A program made the translations under genes and the position numbers. Below the pieces are notes generated by a model. The model did no database searches, was not told the DNA's origin, and worked only from the letters and a program-made list of their open reading frames with translations. Source: an uncultured Rhodospirillaceae bacterium (GTDB lineage: Bacteria > Pseudomonadota > Alphaproteobacteria > UBA8366 > GCA-2717185). Taken from it: a stretch of 48,123 nt of DNA. Positions 19,176-30,780 of this stretch are shown here, in pieces (the first letter of the stretch is position 1; each line of letters begins with the position of its first letter). Where the stretch lies: positions 1 to 48,123 of the forward strand of contig CAJWOT010000003.1 of assembly GCA_913044215.1 (NCBI GenBank), written 5' to 3'.

Positions 19176-20276
19176 CTAGCTGTTCAGCAGCGCCGGGTCG
19201 AACCGGCCGCCGGTCAGGGGCCGGGGTGCGCGGGTCGTGGTCGGAAATGTCAGCGGCAGGCCGCGCCGCGATCGAACTGCAAGATAGGCGAAGGCCTGCG
19301 CTTCGAGAGCGTCCCCCTCCCAGCCGACCGTTTCAACGGGATCGACAGGCACTGCCAAAAGCTCTGACAGCCAAGCCATCAATACAGCATTGTGCCGGCC
19401 ACCACCGGTAACAAGCCAACGCGCGACGGGCTGCGGGAAATGGTCAGCGGCCCGCGCGATTGCATGGACGGTGAACGACGCCAAGGTCGCCGCGCCATCC
19501 GCCACAGCCATCCCCTCGACGGGTTGGCTCGAAAAATCATTGCGATCGAGAGATTTTGGAGGCCGGCGCTCGAAATAGGGATTGTCGAGCAGCTGCCGCA
19601 GCGTTTCCGGATCCGTGCGGCCGGACGCTGCCAGATGGCCATCTGCGTCATACCGTTCGCCGGTATGGGCAAAGCACCAATCGTCCAGCATCGCGTTACC
19701 CGGTCCGGTATCGAAGGCGATCAGGGCCCCATCAGGCCCGATCCACGTTACGTTGGCGACGCCGCCGATATTGAGCACCGCGAGCGGCTTTTCCAAATTC
19801 GCCGCCAAAGCGGCGTGAAAGGCCGGAGCCAATGGCGCCCCCTCTCCCCCCGCTTCCATGTCGGCGGTGCGGAAATCCGATACGACATCGATCTCGGTCG
19901 CGACGGCCAACATCGCACCGTCGCCAATCTGCCAGGTGACGCCCGCCTCCGGCCGGTGCAGCAATGTCTGACCGTGGAACCCGATCAGGCTCACCTCTTC
20001 CGGCAACATATCCTGTTGACGCAGCAGCGCCGCGACGGCGGATGCGTGCGCCAATGTCATCGCCCGCTCAACCGATTTGACGTTGGGCATCATTTCGGCT
20101 TGATCGATCGCTTCTCGCAACGCCGACCGAACCGCATCGTCATAGGGTACCGTCAAGGCGCCGCACGCTTCCACGACAGATTGACCGTCGGTCCGCAGCA
20201 GTGCGGCATCGACGCCATCGATGGAGGTACCGCTCATCAGGCCGAGTGCAAGAACCGGCTCGTCCAATGCGCTCAT
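19176..20276 (-). CDS. anmK: Anhydro-N-acetylmuramic acid kinase
   Basis: [38 protein letters not shown] and FDTGPGN motifs. Confidence 0.95.
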   Translation of the reverse strand: MSALDEPVLALGLMSGTSIDGVDAALLRTDGQSVVEACGALTVPYDDAVRSALREAIDQAEMMPNVKSVERAMTLAHASAVAALLRQQDMLPEEVSLIGFHGQTLLHRPEAGVTWQIGDGAMLAVATEIDVVSDFRTADMEAGGEGAPLAPAFHAALAANLEKPLAVLNIGGVANVTWIGPDGALIAFDTGPGNAMLDDWCFAHTGERYDADGHLAASGRTDPETLRQLLDNPYFERRPPKSLDRNDFSSQPVEGMAVADGAATLASFTVHAIARAADHFPQPVARWLVTGGGRHNAVLMAWLSELLAVPVDPVETVGWEGDALEAQAFAYLAVRSRRGLPLTFPTTTRAPRPLTGGRFDPALLNS

Positions 20277-20382
20277 CGTCGCTGACTCCTACCCGTTATC
20301 CGGTTTGTCGGCATCTACGGTTTGTGATAAACGACCGGCCCGCAAGCACGCAAGCAAGAGCCACTGGCAGATCGGCTGGACC

Positions 20383-21636
20383 ATGACCGAAGCGAAATCC
20401 GAATTCCTGCAAGCCGCCACGGCGCGGGGTTTTCTACATCAATGCACGGACCTGGACGCCTTGGACGCGTTGGCGAACCGGGAGGTGATTACCGCCTATA
20501 TCGGTTTCGACGCGACGGCTGATTCGCTGCATGCCGGCAGCCTCGTCCCCATCATGCTCTTGCGCCTGCTGCAACGCACGGGACACCAACCGCTTGTCCT
20601 GATGGGCGGCGGCACGACAAAGGTGGGCGACCCGTCGGGCAAGGACACACAGCGGCAACTCCTCAGCGAAGCCGACATCGCGACCAACATCGCCGGGATC
20701 AAAGGAATCTTCGAAAAATTCCTGACTTTCGGCGACGGCCCGACAGATGCCTTCCTGGTCAACAATGCGGATTGGCTCGACAGCCTGTCCTATATCGATT
20801 TCCTGCGCGACTACGGACGCCATTTCTCGGTCAACCGCATGCTCGGTTTCGATTCAGTGAAACTGCGGCTGGAACGGGAGCAGCCGCTTTCCTTCCTGGA
20901 ATTCAATTACATGGTGCTGCAGTCCTACGACTTTCTGGAATTGTCGCGGCGCCATAATTGCCGCCTGCAGATGGGCGGTTCCGACCAGTGGGGCAACATC
21001 GTCAGCGGCGCCGATTTGGGACGTCGGTTGGACCAGACCGAACTGTTCGGGCTGACCAGCCCCCTCTTGACGACCGCAAGCGGGGCCAAGATGGGAAAGA
21101 CGGCGGATGGCGCTGTCTGGCTTAACGAGGATCGGCTGTCGGCTTACGACTACTGGCAATATTGGCGCAATACGCATGACGACGATGTCGGCAGGTTTCT
21201 CAAACTGTTTACCGACTTGCCGCTCGACGAGATCGCCCGTCTAGAGGTGTTGGAAGGCGCGGAACTGAACGACGCCAAAAAGACCCTCGCCCATGAAGCA
21301 ACCAAACTGTGCCATGGCGAAGCGGCGGCGCTGGCGGCGGCGGAAACTGCACGCAAGACGTTCGAGGAAGGGGCGCATGGCGCCGATTTGCCGAGCGTCG
21401 ACGTGCCCCGGACCGAGATCGACGCCGGCATCCTTGCCTACGAACTGTTGCGCCGCGCAGGCTTGGCCGCGAGCAATGGGGAGGCACGCCGTTTGATCAA
21501 GGGCGGCGGCGGACGTGTGAACGACGAGCAGATTGGCGACGAGAAGGCGATGATCGCCGCGTCCGATATCAATTCGGACGGCGTGATCAAGATGTCGGCC
21601 GGCCGCAAGCGTCATGCTCTGGTGCGCCCGGTCTAG
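20383..21636 (+). CDS. tyrS: Tyrosine--tRNA ligase
   Basis: YIGFDAT, HAGS (HIGH-like), [15 protein letters not shown] and KMGKT motifs, plus a C-terminal S4 domain. Confidence 0.97.
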   Translation: MTEAKSEFLQAATARGFLHQCTDLDALDALANREVITAYIGFDATADSLHAGSLVPIMLLRLLQRTGHQPLVLMGGGTTKVGDPSGKDTQRQLLSEADIATNIAGIKGIFEKFLTFGDGPTDAFLVNNADWLDSLSYIDFLRDYGRHFSVNRMLGFDSVKLRLEREQPLSFLEFNYMVLQSYDFLELSRRHNCRLQMGGSDQWGNIVSGADLGRRLDQTELFGLTSPLLTTASGAKMGKTADGAVWLNEDRLSAYDYWQYWRNTHDDDVGRFLKLFTDLPLDEIARLEVLEGAELNDAKKTLAHEATKLCHGEAAALAAAETARKTFEEGAHGADLPSVDVPRTEIDAGILAYELLRRAGLAASNGEARRLIKGGGGRVNDEQIGDEKAMIAASDINSDGVIKMSAGRKRHALVRPV

Positions 21637-21648
21637 CGGCACGCTCTT

Positions 21649-24600
21649 CTATTGCGACTGTGACTGCGCGTCTTCCCCTGTCAGCGGCTTCACATCACCG
21701 CCCACCAAATTGCGCAAGAAACCCGGCGCCAACGCGGACAGCGGATTGACGGACACGCGGGGGTCTTCCAATTGTCCCTTAACGACATAGTTCGCGGCGA
21801 AAATTCCTTCATTTTCGCCCCCGGTCAGGATCGTGCCGAGTATGGGAATGTTGCCGAGGACACTATTGATCGTATAGGCCGGCACCACGGTGCCAGAAAG
21901 GTCGGCTGTTTCCTCGGAGATGTAGACAGCGCCTTCCGCCGTGATACCAATCGATGACCCAAAGGCACGGGCGTTCTTTATCTCAAGCGCCCCTCCGTAG
22001 TAGCGGAACTTGCCGTCGAGCGTCACAAAGTCGAGCCCATCCTGTCCCAATGCGGAAAAAATTCCGGTCAAGGAGAGCACCTGAAGAACCCGCGCCAACG
22101 CAGGCGCTTCCGTTACCTTGAACTGATTGAGCTTAAATTCGCCGGTTATGGGATCGCCCGGCGCCGGCTGCTTTCCGGTTACCAGCAAACTTCCGCCTTT
22201 CAACCGGTCCGTCCAGTTGGCCGCCTGCAGAGCCTGCCCGGCGTCGCGTGTCGAGATGTGCAAAGAGGCACCGTTGCCGTTGGGCACCAGTTTGACCGCA
22301 AGCCTGATGCTTTCGTTGATTCCCGCATCGATGCCAACCTGACGCCAATTCGTGCCGTCGCTGCCCAACACGGCTCGTACGTCGCGCAACCAGCGCCCTT
22401 CACCCAGCAGGACTTCATCAAAAGACGCACGAATGCGGAGCGCCCGCCCTTTCTCGACCGCCACAGCATCGACATCGTCATCGTTATCAAGGAATGGAGA
22501 CAGGTCGATCCGCTCACCGGTCAACTCGACATCGAACCCGCCATCCGCAGCGACATTGACACGGCCTTGCATGCTGTTCCCGGCGAATGCCAAATTTCGA
22601 AATTCGAAGGTGCGAAAATCCTTTAAATCAGGCGTTACTTCCACGCGTGCCGACAGGCGAAGGTCACCCGCTTCAACGCGCAAATCTTCCATCACCACGT
22701 CACCCGAAGGGGCCGTCGTCATGAATAAATAGAGGTTTCCGGGAACTTCGGAAGCCTTGCGCCAGCGAAGGGCCGGAAAATCGAGCGCGACCTTTGTCAA
22801 ATCGAGCTTCGCAACGGATTCGCTGCGACCACCGGCGAATATCGTATGCGTCAGCTCTCCAGCGAATTCGCCCGTCCCGACTGGAAGGTCGCCGATCCCT
22901 AATTTTCGGCGCGCCGTGTCGTCAACGATACCGCGCACCGTGAATCGCCGGTCAAACGCTGCCGCCGAGAAGTTTTCCTCCCAATTGATCTTCAGGGGCA
23001 CGCCGTTGAGCGCCGCATCGCCGGAAATTGTCATGCCGGCGCCGGTCAACTGCAGTTCCAGCGTGCCGTCGCGTACGGAGAGATCGAACGGCCCCTTATC
23101 CAATGCGACGCTGCGCAAGGTCGCACCCGTGGCAACAGCCACCTGTTCGATCTTCAAATCCTTCTGCAGAGGAAAATTAAAAACAATCCGCGCGGCGGTC
23201 TGTCCGGAAATTTTACCGGCGTCCATGCCAAAGCCGGCAACAAAGCGAAGCGGCTCACTATCGAGAATCGAAAGCGCTGATTCCACCGGACCTCGAACAA
23301 CGATATCGATATGAATCTTTTGGTCATCGCCGTCGAGACCGGTGATGATTGCGCTTCCTTCATCAAGGCGCAGTTCGTTTAGGCGGCCATCGGTGAACGC
23401 GATATCAAACCGCTTATCGGTAAAGGTCATATTTGCCGCGACGCCCTGCGCCGTGGGCAGCGGCGTGAGGTAGTTGACCTCCACACCGCGGACGCGAAGG
23501 GTGCCGTTCAACGACCCAATGACCGTCCTACTCGGGTCGGCGTCGGGAAAACGTGCCACCACACTCATGGTCGCGTCGTCGATGTCGCCACGCCGAATAT
23601 TCTTCAATACCCATTCTCGAGCGTCGATCGCGAGTTTCTTCGGCCAATAACGGCGAACGATCGCCATATTGATATCGGTAATCCCGCCATCGAGCCGCAG
23701 GTTCAAATCGCGACCGACGCGGGTTACCGCGGCACGCGCTGTCACGGTCCCCTGCTTCAAGGATATTCCGACTTCTTCGATCCGCATCTCGCGGAAACCA
23801 TCGGTCGCCTTCCCGCGCACACGCAATGAATTGACGGGGACCGGGTCAGCGTAGACTTCCGGCAAGCTAAGGGTCCCAGCCCCACCAGTCAGGTCGAAAT
23901 CCAACGACATTAGATCGCCGTCGGTCGTGCCCACCAGGGTCAATTTCCCGTCTATGGGAACATCGGCCCGAAGGCGCTCCACAGGTTCTGGAATCGCGGC
24001 TGCAACCATTGGCCAACGGACGCCTTCGAATTCGATGCCAGCGGATATCCCATAGCCGTCGTCACCGATTGAAACCTCGCCCCGCGCCGCGGCGCCGTCG
24101 CCTGTCACATCGAAGCGAACCGTTCGGACGGCACCGTCGCTCATCATCCGGAACGCGACCGACCCATCGAGCTTCAAGCCCAATTCGGCGAACCGTTGCG
24201 CAACCGGCCGAATGGAACCACGCAGGAACGGTGTGGGATCCAGTTCGCGAAACCCAAATGTCGCATCGATGATGCCGGTCTCGGTCTCGTATGCCGCATT
24301 TGCGGCGACACGGCTTTGCTGCCCGTCTAGTTCGAGATCGGCGTCGACGCTCGCGCTAATGCCGATAACGTTTCGTTCAAACGCGAGATCTGCGCGCGGT
24401 GCGTGCCAAATCTGTCGGAGTTGCCGATCGTCAAGGAACAGATCGGCTTCGATAATCGCGACGCGCTTCAGATACCCGAGCGGCCGAGACCGGTCCGGTT
24501 CCGACATCAGTTCCGCAATCAGGCGCTCCAGAACCAGGTTCTCCGCGCCGGGTTCGCTATCCGGCGCTTCACCAGACTTCGCGAAACCGATTGCGAAGGC

Positions 24601-24993
24601 GCCATCTTCGTTGCGCACAACCGACACGCTGGGACGCACAATTTCAAAATAGGTCGGTGCGATTTTCGCGCGAAGCAACGCCCGCAGTGAAAGGCCCAGC
24701 GACACTTCGGGCACCTCGGCGATTACGCGGCGTTCAAGATCCAGGACCCGCACATCGCGCACCCGTAGATTGGCTGCTCGCTGCCAACCAGCCCACTGCA
24801 GTTGGGTCTCTTCGATTTCGACGGCGATCGTACTGTCGGCCGGCGACAGGGCGTCCTCGATATAAGGTGTCAGGAATGTGAGCGGTATCGGGCCGCTCCA
24901 TAGCCACCAGGCACCGGCAATCAGCAAAATAACGGAACCCGCTACCAGGCCGGCCAGGAATTCGAGAAAGATTTTTGTCGTGCGCCGGATCAC
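21649..24993 (-). CDS. YhdP/AsmA-like (DUF3971) membrane-anchored protein
   Basis: N-terminal TM helix, long beta-rich body, and AsmA-2-like C-terminus (GTVVPAY...IPILG...VNPLSAL.PGFLR). Confidence 0.82.
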   Translation of the reverse strand: MIRRTTKIFLEFLAGLVAGSVILLIAGAWWLWSGPIPLTFLTPYIEDALSPADSTIAVEIEETQLQWAGWQRAANLRVRDVRVLDLERRVIAEVPEVSLGLSLRALLRAKIAPTYFEIVRPSVSVVRNEDGAFAIGFAKSGEAPDSEPGAENLVLERLIAELMSEPDRSRPLGYLKRVAIIEADLFLDDRQLRQIWHAPRADLAFERNVIGISASVDADLELDGQQSRVAANAAYETETGIIDATFGFRELDPTPFLRGSIRPVAQRFAELGLKLDGSVAFRMMSDGAVRTVRFDVTGDGAAARGEVSIGDDGYGISAGIEFEGVRWPMVAAAIPEPVERLRADVPIDGKLTLVGTTDGDLMSLDFDLTGGAGTLSLPEVYADPVPVNSLRVRGKATDGFREMRIEEVGISLKQGTVTARAAVTRVGRDLNLRLDGGITDINMAIVRRYWPKKLAIDAREWVLKNIRRGDIDDATMSVVARFPDADPSRTVIGSLNGTLRVRGVEVNYLTPLPTAQGVAANMTFTDKRFDIAFTDGRLNELRLDEGSAIITGLDGDDQKIHIDIVVRGPVESALSILDSEPLRFVAGFGMDAGKISGQTAARIVFNFPLQKDLKIEQVAVATGATLRSVALDKGPFDLSVRDGTLELQLTGAGMTISGDAALNGVPLKINWEENFSAAAFDRRFTVRGIVDDTARRKLGIGDLPVGTGEFAGELTHTIFAGGRSESVAKLDLTKVALDFPALRWRKASEVPGNLYLFMTTAPSGDVVMEDLRVEAGDLRLSARVEVTPDLKDFRTFEFRNLAFAGNSMQGRVNVAADGGFDVELTGERIDLSPFLDNDDDVDAVAVEKGRALRIRASFDEVLLGEGRWLRDVRAVLGSDGTNWRQVGIDAGINESIRLAVKLVPNGNGASLHISTRDAGQALQAANWTDRLKGGSLLVTGKQPAPGDPITGEFKLNQFKVTEAPALARVLQVLSLTGIFSALGQDGLDFVTLDGKFRYYGGALEIKNARAFGSSIGITAEGAVYISEETADLSGTVVPAYTINSVLGNIPILGTILTGGENEGIFAANYVVKGQLEDPRVSVNPLSALAPGFLRNLVGGDVKPLTGEDAQSQSQ

Positions 24994-25090
24994 CTTGCGC
25001 GCCGTTTCTTCAGTACATAAACCAATATAAACAGTTTAAGTGTTCTGCCTAGGGATAGCTCCCCTACGCGCGATCACAAACGGACGATTC

Positions 25091-28069
25091 ATGCCTGAAC
25101 TGAAACTGCCTTTCGATCCGGTCACCCTGCCGGAAGCCAGCCAGCCCGAAAAGGCGGAGATCGGCATCGAGCGTTTGGTCGACCGTTACAAGAACGATAA
25201 CGGGCAAAGCCCATTCATCGAAACGCTTATCGCCGACAGCGGCGGGCGCCGCCTGTTGGATAGCATTTTCGGCAATAGCGGCTTCCTCGGACAATGCATC
25301 CTGCAGGATCCGGCGTTTCTTCAAGAACTCCTGGCAAAGGGCCCGGACGCGGCGTTTCAGGAAGTCCTCTTATCCCTGGAACCGTATCGCACCGCCGACG
25401 AAGGACAGGATCAGATTATGTCGGTTTTGCGAGTGGCGCGCCGCCGCGTCGCCCTGCTGACCGCCATTGCCGACATCACCGCGATGTGGCCCCTGCACCG
25501 CGTCACCGGGAGCCTCTCAAAATTTGCGGACACGGCCACAAGCGTCGCAACGGCGCACCTGCTGCGCGGCGCCGCCTCGCAAGGCGCCTTGACGATACGC
25601 AATCCGGACGATCCCAATCTTGAGTCCGGCTATTTCGTTCTCGGGATGGGGAAGCTCGGGGCGGGTGAGCTCAATTATTCGAGCGATATCGATCTGATCG
25701 TCCTTTTCGACCCCGACAAAATCGTCACAGATGACGAGATGGGATTGCGACAGGTTTTCGTGCGCGCAACCCGCGCCCTGATGCGCATTTTCGACGAACG
25801 CACCACGGACGGGTACGTCTTTCGGACCGACCTGCGGCTGCGCCCTGACCCGTCGGCAACGCCTCTGGCGATCTCGGTCAACGCCGCTTCGGAGTATTAC
25901 GAGAGTATGGGGCAGAATTGGGAACGCGCGGCGATGATCAAGGCGCGCCCCATCGGCGGCGACCTCGAGGCTGGCGAGGACTTTCTGCAAAACTTGCGGC
26001 CCTACATCTGGCGCAAGCATCTCGACTTCGCCGCGATTGAAGACATCCACTCCATCAAGCGGCAGATCACGGCGCATCGCGGCGGCGGCGAAATCGCGAT
26101 CAACGGACACAATATCAAGCTTGGCCGCGGCGGCATTCGTGAGATCGAATTCTTCGCGCAGACCCAGCAATTGATCTGGGGTGGCCGCGACCCGTCACTG
26201 CGCATGCCGGGAACCTGTGCGGCGCTGATCGGGCTGGCGACCGCAGGCCGCACCACCGACGCAGTCGCGAGCGAGATGATCGCCGCGTACGAGTTCCTCC
26301 GCCGGGTCGAACACCGATTGCAGATGATCGACGACAAACAGACGCATTCTCTGCCGAATGAGGACGCGGAAATCGATCGGCTCGCCACCTTCCTGGGATA
26401 CCCAGACGGCGACAGGTTCCGAAAAGACCTGCTCCTGCATTTGGGCCGCGTGGAACGCCATTACGCCAACCTGTTCGAAGATTCCGCGGATCTAGGCGGC
26501 GGCGGTGCGCTGGTATTCACCGGTGGCGACGACCATCCGGAAACCGTGCGCAATCTCGAGGAGATGGGTTTCAGCGACGGCCGAACGGTTTCCGGCATCA
26601 TCCGTACCTGGCACCACGGCCGGTATCGGGCCACGCGCTCCGAGCGCTCCCGGCAATTGCTCACCGAGCTGACGCCGGGTCTGCTGACCGCGCTGTCGCG
26701 CACCGCCGAGCCGAGCACCGCATTGCTTGGCTTCGACACGTTCTTGAAAGCGCTTCCGGCCGGCGTTCAAATCTTCTCGCTGTTTGCCGCCAATCCGCCG
26801 CTGCTCGAGCTGGTGGCGGAAATCATGGGCAATGCGCCGCGCCTCTCCGAGTGGCTTCGGCGCAACCCTTCCTGCCTGGATGCCGTTCTTTCCGACGGTT
26901 TCTTCGAGGAGGCGGCAACGCCGGAGTCGCTGACCGAACATCTGGCTCTGGCGCTGCAGCAAGCGAACGATTTCCAAGACATTCTCGATATCGTGCGTCG
27001 CTGGACCAATGAGCACAAATTCCAGGTCGGGGTACAAACCTTGCGCGGCAGGTCAGATGGCACCAAGTCGGGTCCGACACTTTCCGCGATCGCCGAGACC
27101 GCTATCGCAGCGACATGGCGCGCCGTCGAGGCAGAGTTCATCCAGCAACACGGGTCGGTCGCCGGCGGCGGGATGGCGCTACTAGCGTTCGGCAAGCTGG
27201 GCGGACGGGAAATGACGCACCGGTCCGATTTGGATCTTGTGTTCATATACGACCACGATGCTGATGCCACGGGCTCCGATGGTCCAAAGTCTCTGATGCC
27301 GAGCGTCTACTTTACGCGGCTTTCACAGCGGCTGATCACCGCCATTACCGCTCAGACCGGCGAGGGTCATCTGTACGAATTGGACATGCGGTTGCGCCCG
27401 TCCGGCAATAAGGGCCCAATCGCATCGCGGTTAGACGGCTTCGACCAGTATCACGGGGAACAGTCCTGGACCTGGGAACATATGGCGATGACCCGGGCGC
27501 GGATTTTCGCCAGTCCGGACCCGCTAAGGCAATCGATCGAGGAGTCCTTGCGGCGAACTCTGACGCGCGAACGCGACCCGGACACCTTGCTCGCCGATGT
27601 CGCCGCGATGCGGGAGCGCATGGCCAAGGAACATACGGGCGAGTCAATCTGGGACACCAAGCATTTGCGCGGCGGTCTCGTGGATATCGAGTTCATTGCC
27701 CAATACTTGATGCTGCGCCACGCCGCGTCTGATCCGACCGTTTTGAGCCCGAACACGGCGGATGCGCTGGCGCGATTGGGGCGGGCGAATTATCTCGATG
27801 CGGACACCCACGACGCGCTCCAAGACGCTCTGGGTCTCTGGCAACGCCTGCAAGGCGTGTTGCGACTGACCTGCGAGGGCGACTTCGACGAGAGCCGCGC
27901 AACGGCGGGCCAGCGAGATTTGTTGATCCGCGCCGGCCTTGTCGAGGATTTCGATGCGCTGAAAAATCGGATTCGGGAAACCGCCAGCATCGCACATGCG
28001 GTGTTCGACCGGTTGATTGCGGAGCCAGCGGTGCCTATACGTGCCGCTCAAAGCGACATGACGAAATAG
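25091..28069 (+). CDS. glnE: Bifunctional glutamine synthetase adenylyltransferase
   Basis: Two nucleotidyltransferase domains: GKLGAGELNYSSDIDL/DLRLRP and GKLGGREM...SDLDL/DMRLRPSG. Confidence 0.96.
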   Translation: MPELKLPFDPVTLPEASQPEKAEIGIERLVDRYKNDNGQSPFIETLIADSGGRRLLDSIFGNSGFLGQCILQDPAFLQELLAKGPDAAFQEVLLSLEPYRTADEGQDQIMSVLRVARRRVALLTAIADITAMWPLHRVTGSLSKFADTATSVATAHLLRGAASQGALTIRNPDDPNLESGYFVLGMGKLGAGELNYSSDIDLIVLFDPDKIVTDDEMGLRQVFVRATRALMRIFDERTTDGYVFRTDLRLRPDPSATPLAISVNAASEYYESMGQNWERAAMIKARPIGGDLEAGEDFLQNLRPYIWRKHLDFAAIEDIHSIKRQITAHRGGGEIAINGHNIKLGRGGIREIEFFAQTQQLIWGGRDPSLRMPGTCAALIGLATAGRTTDAVASEMIAAYEFLRRVEHRLQMIDDKQTHSLPNEDAEIDRLATFLGYPDGDRFRKDLLLHLGRVERHYANLFEDSADLGGGGALVFTGGDDHPETVRNLEEMGFSDGRTVSGIIRTWHHGRYRATRSERSRQLLTELTPGLLTALSRTAEPSTALLGFDTFLKALPAGVQIFSLFAANPPLLELVAEIMGNAPRLSEWLRRNPSCLDAVLSDGFFEEAATPESLTEHLALALQQANDFQDILDIVRRWTNEHKFQVGVQTLRGRSDGTKSGPTLSAIAETAIAATWRAVEAEFIQQHGSVAGGGMALLAFGKLGGREMTHRSDLDLVFIYDHDADATGSDGPKSLMPSVYFTRLSQRLITAITAQTGEGHLYELDMRLRPSGNKGPIASRLDGFDQYHGEQSWTWEHMAMTRARIFASPDPLRQSIEESLRRTLTRERDPDTLLADVAAMRERMAKEHTGESIWDTKHLRGGLVDIEFIAQYLMLRHAASDPTVLSPNTADALARLGRANYLDADTHDALQDALGLWQRLQGVLRLTCEGDFDESRATAGQRDLLIRAGLVEDFDALKNRIRETASIAHAVFDRLIAEPAVPIRAAQSDMTK

Positions 28070-28079
28070 GAAGCAAGCG

Positions 28080-28544
28080 ATGAGTGTAGAAGCAGGCGAC
28101 AAAGCCCCCAACTTCAAAGGCCAGACCGATGGCGGCGGGGAATGTAAGCTCGCCGACTTCAAGGGCAAACCGCTGATCTTGTATTTCTATCCCAAGGACG
28201 ACACGCCGGGCTGCACCACGGAGGCGCAAGGCTTCCGCGACGCCATGACAGACTTCACCAAAACGGGTGCGGCGATCGTCGGCGTTTCCAAGGACACGGT
28301 GAAGAAACACGACTGGTTCAAGGCCAAGCATGACCTCAACTTCACCCTGATTTCCGACGAGGACGGCACGCTGTGCGAGGCCTATGGCGTCTGGGTGGAG
28401 AAGAATATGTACGGCCGCAAATATATGGGCATCGAACGGTCGACCTTCCTGATCGACGGCAAGGGCAAGGTCGCCGAAGTTTGGCGGAAGGTCCGGGTCA
28501 AGGGCCATGTCGATAAGGTCCTCGAAGCCGTCCAGGCGCTTTAG
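28080..28544 (+). CDS. bcp: Thioredoxin-dependent thiol peroxidase BCP
   Basis: YFYPKDDTPGCTTEA and ERSTFLID motifs. Confidence 0.95.
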   Translation: MSVEAGDKAPNFKGQTDGGGECKLADFKGKPLILYFYPKDDTPGCTTEAQGFRDAMTDFTKTGAAIVGVSKDTVKKHDWFKAKHDLNFTLISDEDGTLCEAYGVWVEKNMYGRKYMGIERSTFLIDGKGKVAEVWRKVRVKGHVDKVLEAVQAL

Positions 28545-28559
28545 GCAAGGTCGCGTCCC

Positions 28560-29723
28560 ATGCCGCGTGAGCTTCGCATTCGCCCCGTCTTGCACCATTT
28601 GCAACCGCAGGGCATTTCGGAAATATCCGAGTACGGTGCCGATTTCGACGGCGTCATTCCGATGTGGTTCGGCGAATCAGACCTGGTCACGCCGGAAGCG
28701 CCGCGCCGTGCCCTGATCGAATCGCTCGAAAGCGGCAAAACATTCTACCAGGCGCAAAACGGCCTCCCGGCCCTGCGCGACGCCATCGCTGCCTACGACA
28801 CGCGGCTGCACGACAAGCCCGTCGCGGCCGACCGCATCACCGTGACCGCCTCCGGCATGACGGCCCTGCATGTCGCCCTGCAGACCATCGTCGATGCCGG
28901 CGAAAACATCGTGCTGGTAACGCCGATCTGGCCAAACGCGCCAGCAGCGATGCAGATCATGGGCGCCGAGCCGCGCCGCGTCAGCCTGGTCAGCCAGCCG
29001 GACGGCAAATGGCAGCTCGACCTGGACCGGCTGTTCGACGCCTGTGACGACAAGACCCGCGGCATCTTCGTCAACTCGCCGAACAATCCGACGGGGTGGA
29101 TGTGCCGCCGCGACGAACAGCAGGCCATCCTCGACTTCGCGCGCGAACGCGGCATCTGGATCCTCGCCGACGAGGTCTATCACCGCATCACCTATGGCAG
29201 GGAGACTGCGCCCTCCTTCCTCGACCTGGCCGAGTCGGACGATCCGGTGCTCGCCATCAACAGCTTCTCCAAGAGCTGGGCGATGACCGGCTGGCGCCTC
29301 GGCTGGCTGACCGCCCCGCCCGCCCTTTACGACACGCTCGGCCTGATGGTGCAGTACACCAACAGCAACTCGCCGGAATTCATCCAGGACGCCGGCATCG
29401 CCGCCATCGAACAATGCGAGGATTTCGTCCAGCGCTTCCGCGACTATTGCGCGGCCGGCCGCGAGATCGTCGACGAGGTGCTGGGCGGTGCGAACCGAAT
29501 CCGCTACGCGCAGCCGGAGGCCGCCTTCTACGCCTTTCTCGAGGTTGAGGGCGAGCACGACAGCATGGCCCTGGCGGAACGGCTCGTGCGCGAGGCGAAG
29601 GTCGGCGTGGCGCCCGGCATGTCCTTCGGCGAGGAGAGCGACAGCTGGCTGCGCCTGTGCTTCGCGCAGGACCCAGAAACGCTGCGCACCGGCCTCGAAC
29701 GCATGGCCGACACGCTGCGCTGA
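28560..29723 (+). CDS. PLP-dependent aminotransferase class I/II
   Basis: NSPNNPTG, DEVY and SFSKSWAMTGWRLG motifs. Confidence 0.92.
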   Translation: MPRELRIRPVLHHLQPQGISEISEYGADFDGVIPMWFGESDLVTPEAPRRALIESLESGKTFYQAQNGLPALRDAIAAYDTRLHDKPVAADRITVTASGMTALHVALQTIVDAGENIVLVTPIWPNAPAAMQIMGAEPRRVSLVSQPDGKWQLDLDRLFDACDDKTRGIFVNSPNNPTGWMCRRDEQQAILDFARERGIWILADEVYHRITYGRETAPSFLDLAESDDPVLAINSFSKSWAMTGWRLGWLTAPPALYDTLGLMVQYTNSNSPEFIQDAGIAAIEQCEDFVQRFRDYCAAGREIVDEVLGGANRIRYAQPEAAFYAFLEVEGEHDSMALAERLVREAKVGVAPGMSFGEESDSWLRLCFAQDPETLRTGLERMADTLR

Positions 29724-29793
29724 ATTTCAAGGTGCCGCGCCGCGACCCGTGGCGTAGTATCCCGCAAACGCGACATCAGGGAGGAGCAATCCA

Positions 29794-30639
29794 ATGAAAC
29801 TCTTGCGCTATGGGCCCGCCGGGGCCGAGAAGCCCGGCATGCTGGATGGCGACGGCGCCATTCGCGACCTGTCGGGCGTGGTCGGCGACATCGCAGGCGA
29901 CGTCCTCACGCCGGACGGGCTCGACAAGCTGCGCGCGGTCGACCCGGCGTCGCTGCCAAAGGTCGACGGCACCCCCCGCATGGGCCCCTGCGTCGGCGAT
30001 ATCGGCAAGTTCATGTGCATCGGCCTGAACTATTCCGACCATGCGGCGGAGACCGGCGGTGAGGTTCCCTCCGAACCGATCCTGTTCATGAAGGCGAACA
30101 GCGCGATCTCCGGCCCGAACGACGACGTCATCATCCCGCGCGAGTCCAAGCAGACCGACTGGGAGGTCGAACTCGGTTTCGTCATCGGCAAGCCCGGCAA
30201 GTACATCTCCGAGGCCGACGCGATGAGTCATGTCGCCGGCTACTGCGTGGTCAACGACGTCTCCGAGCGCGATTTCCAGATCCGCATGCAGGGCCAGTGG
30301 ACCAAGGGCAAGAGCTGCGACACGTTCGGCCCGGTCGGCCCCTGGCTGGTCACCGCGGACGAGGTCGCGGACCCGCAGGCGCTGGCGCTGTGGACAGAGG
30401 TCAACGGCCACCGCTATCAGGACGGCAACACCAACACGATGGTCTATGGCGTGCAGTTCCTGGTCAGCTACCTCAGCAAGTTCATGACCCTGCAGACCGG
30501 CGACGTGGTCGCCACGGGTACACCGCCCGGCGTTGGCATGGGCCAGAACCCACGCGTCTTCCTGAAACCGGGCGATGTCATGCGCCTCGGCATCGAAGGC
30601 CTTGGCGAACAGGAACAGAAGCTCGTCGCCGACGACTAA
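29794..30639 (+). CDS. Fumarylacetoacetate hydrolase family protein
   Basis: CIGLNY, DWEVELG, NDVSER, KGKS.DTF.P.GP and TGTPPGVG motifs. Confidence 0.93.
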   Translation: MKLLRYGPAGAEKPGMLDGDGAIRDLSGVVGDIAGDVLTPDGLDKLRAVDPASLPKVDGTPRMGPCVGDIGKFMCIGLNYSDHAAETGGEVPSEPILFMKANSAISGPNDDVIIPRESKQTDWEVELGFVIGKPGKYISEADAMSHVAGYCVVNDVSERDFQIRMQGQWTKGKSCDTFGPVGPWLVTADEVADPQALALWTEVNGHRYQDGNTNTMVYGVQFLVSYLSKFMTLQTGDVVATGTPPGVGMGQNPRVFLKPGDVMRLGIEGLGEQEQKLVADD

Positions 30640-30697
30640 CCGCGGCGCGGTCTGGGGATCCGCAAGGATTCGGAATGGCTGCAAAACTTCGCCTCAT

Positions 30698-30780
30698 GTC
30701 ACCCCGGCCATCGAGCCGGGGTCCAGGGATACGGCGCGCTTTGCATAACGGCTGGCCCCCGGCTCGGAGGCCGGGGCACC
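30698..30780. repeat. REP/REPIN-like inverted doublet of palindromic units
   Basis: GTCACCCCGGCCATCGAGCCGGGGTCCAG, a 25-nt spacer, then CTGGCCCCCGGCTCGGAGGCCGGGGCACC. Each unit is a CCCCGGC/GCCGGGG hairpin, and the two units are inverted copies of each other. Confidence 0.7.
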
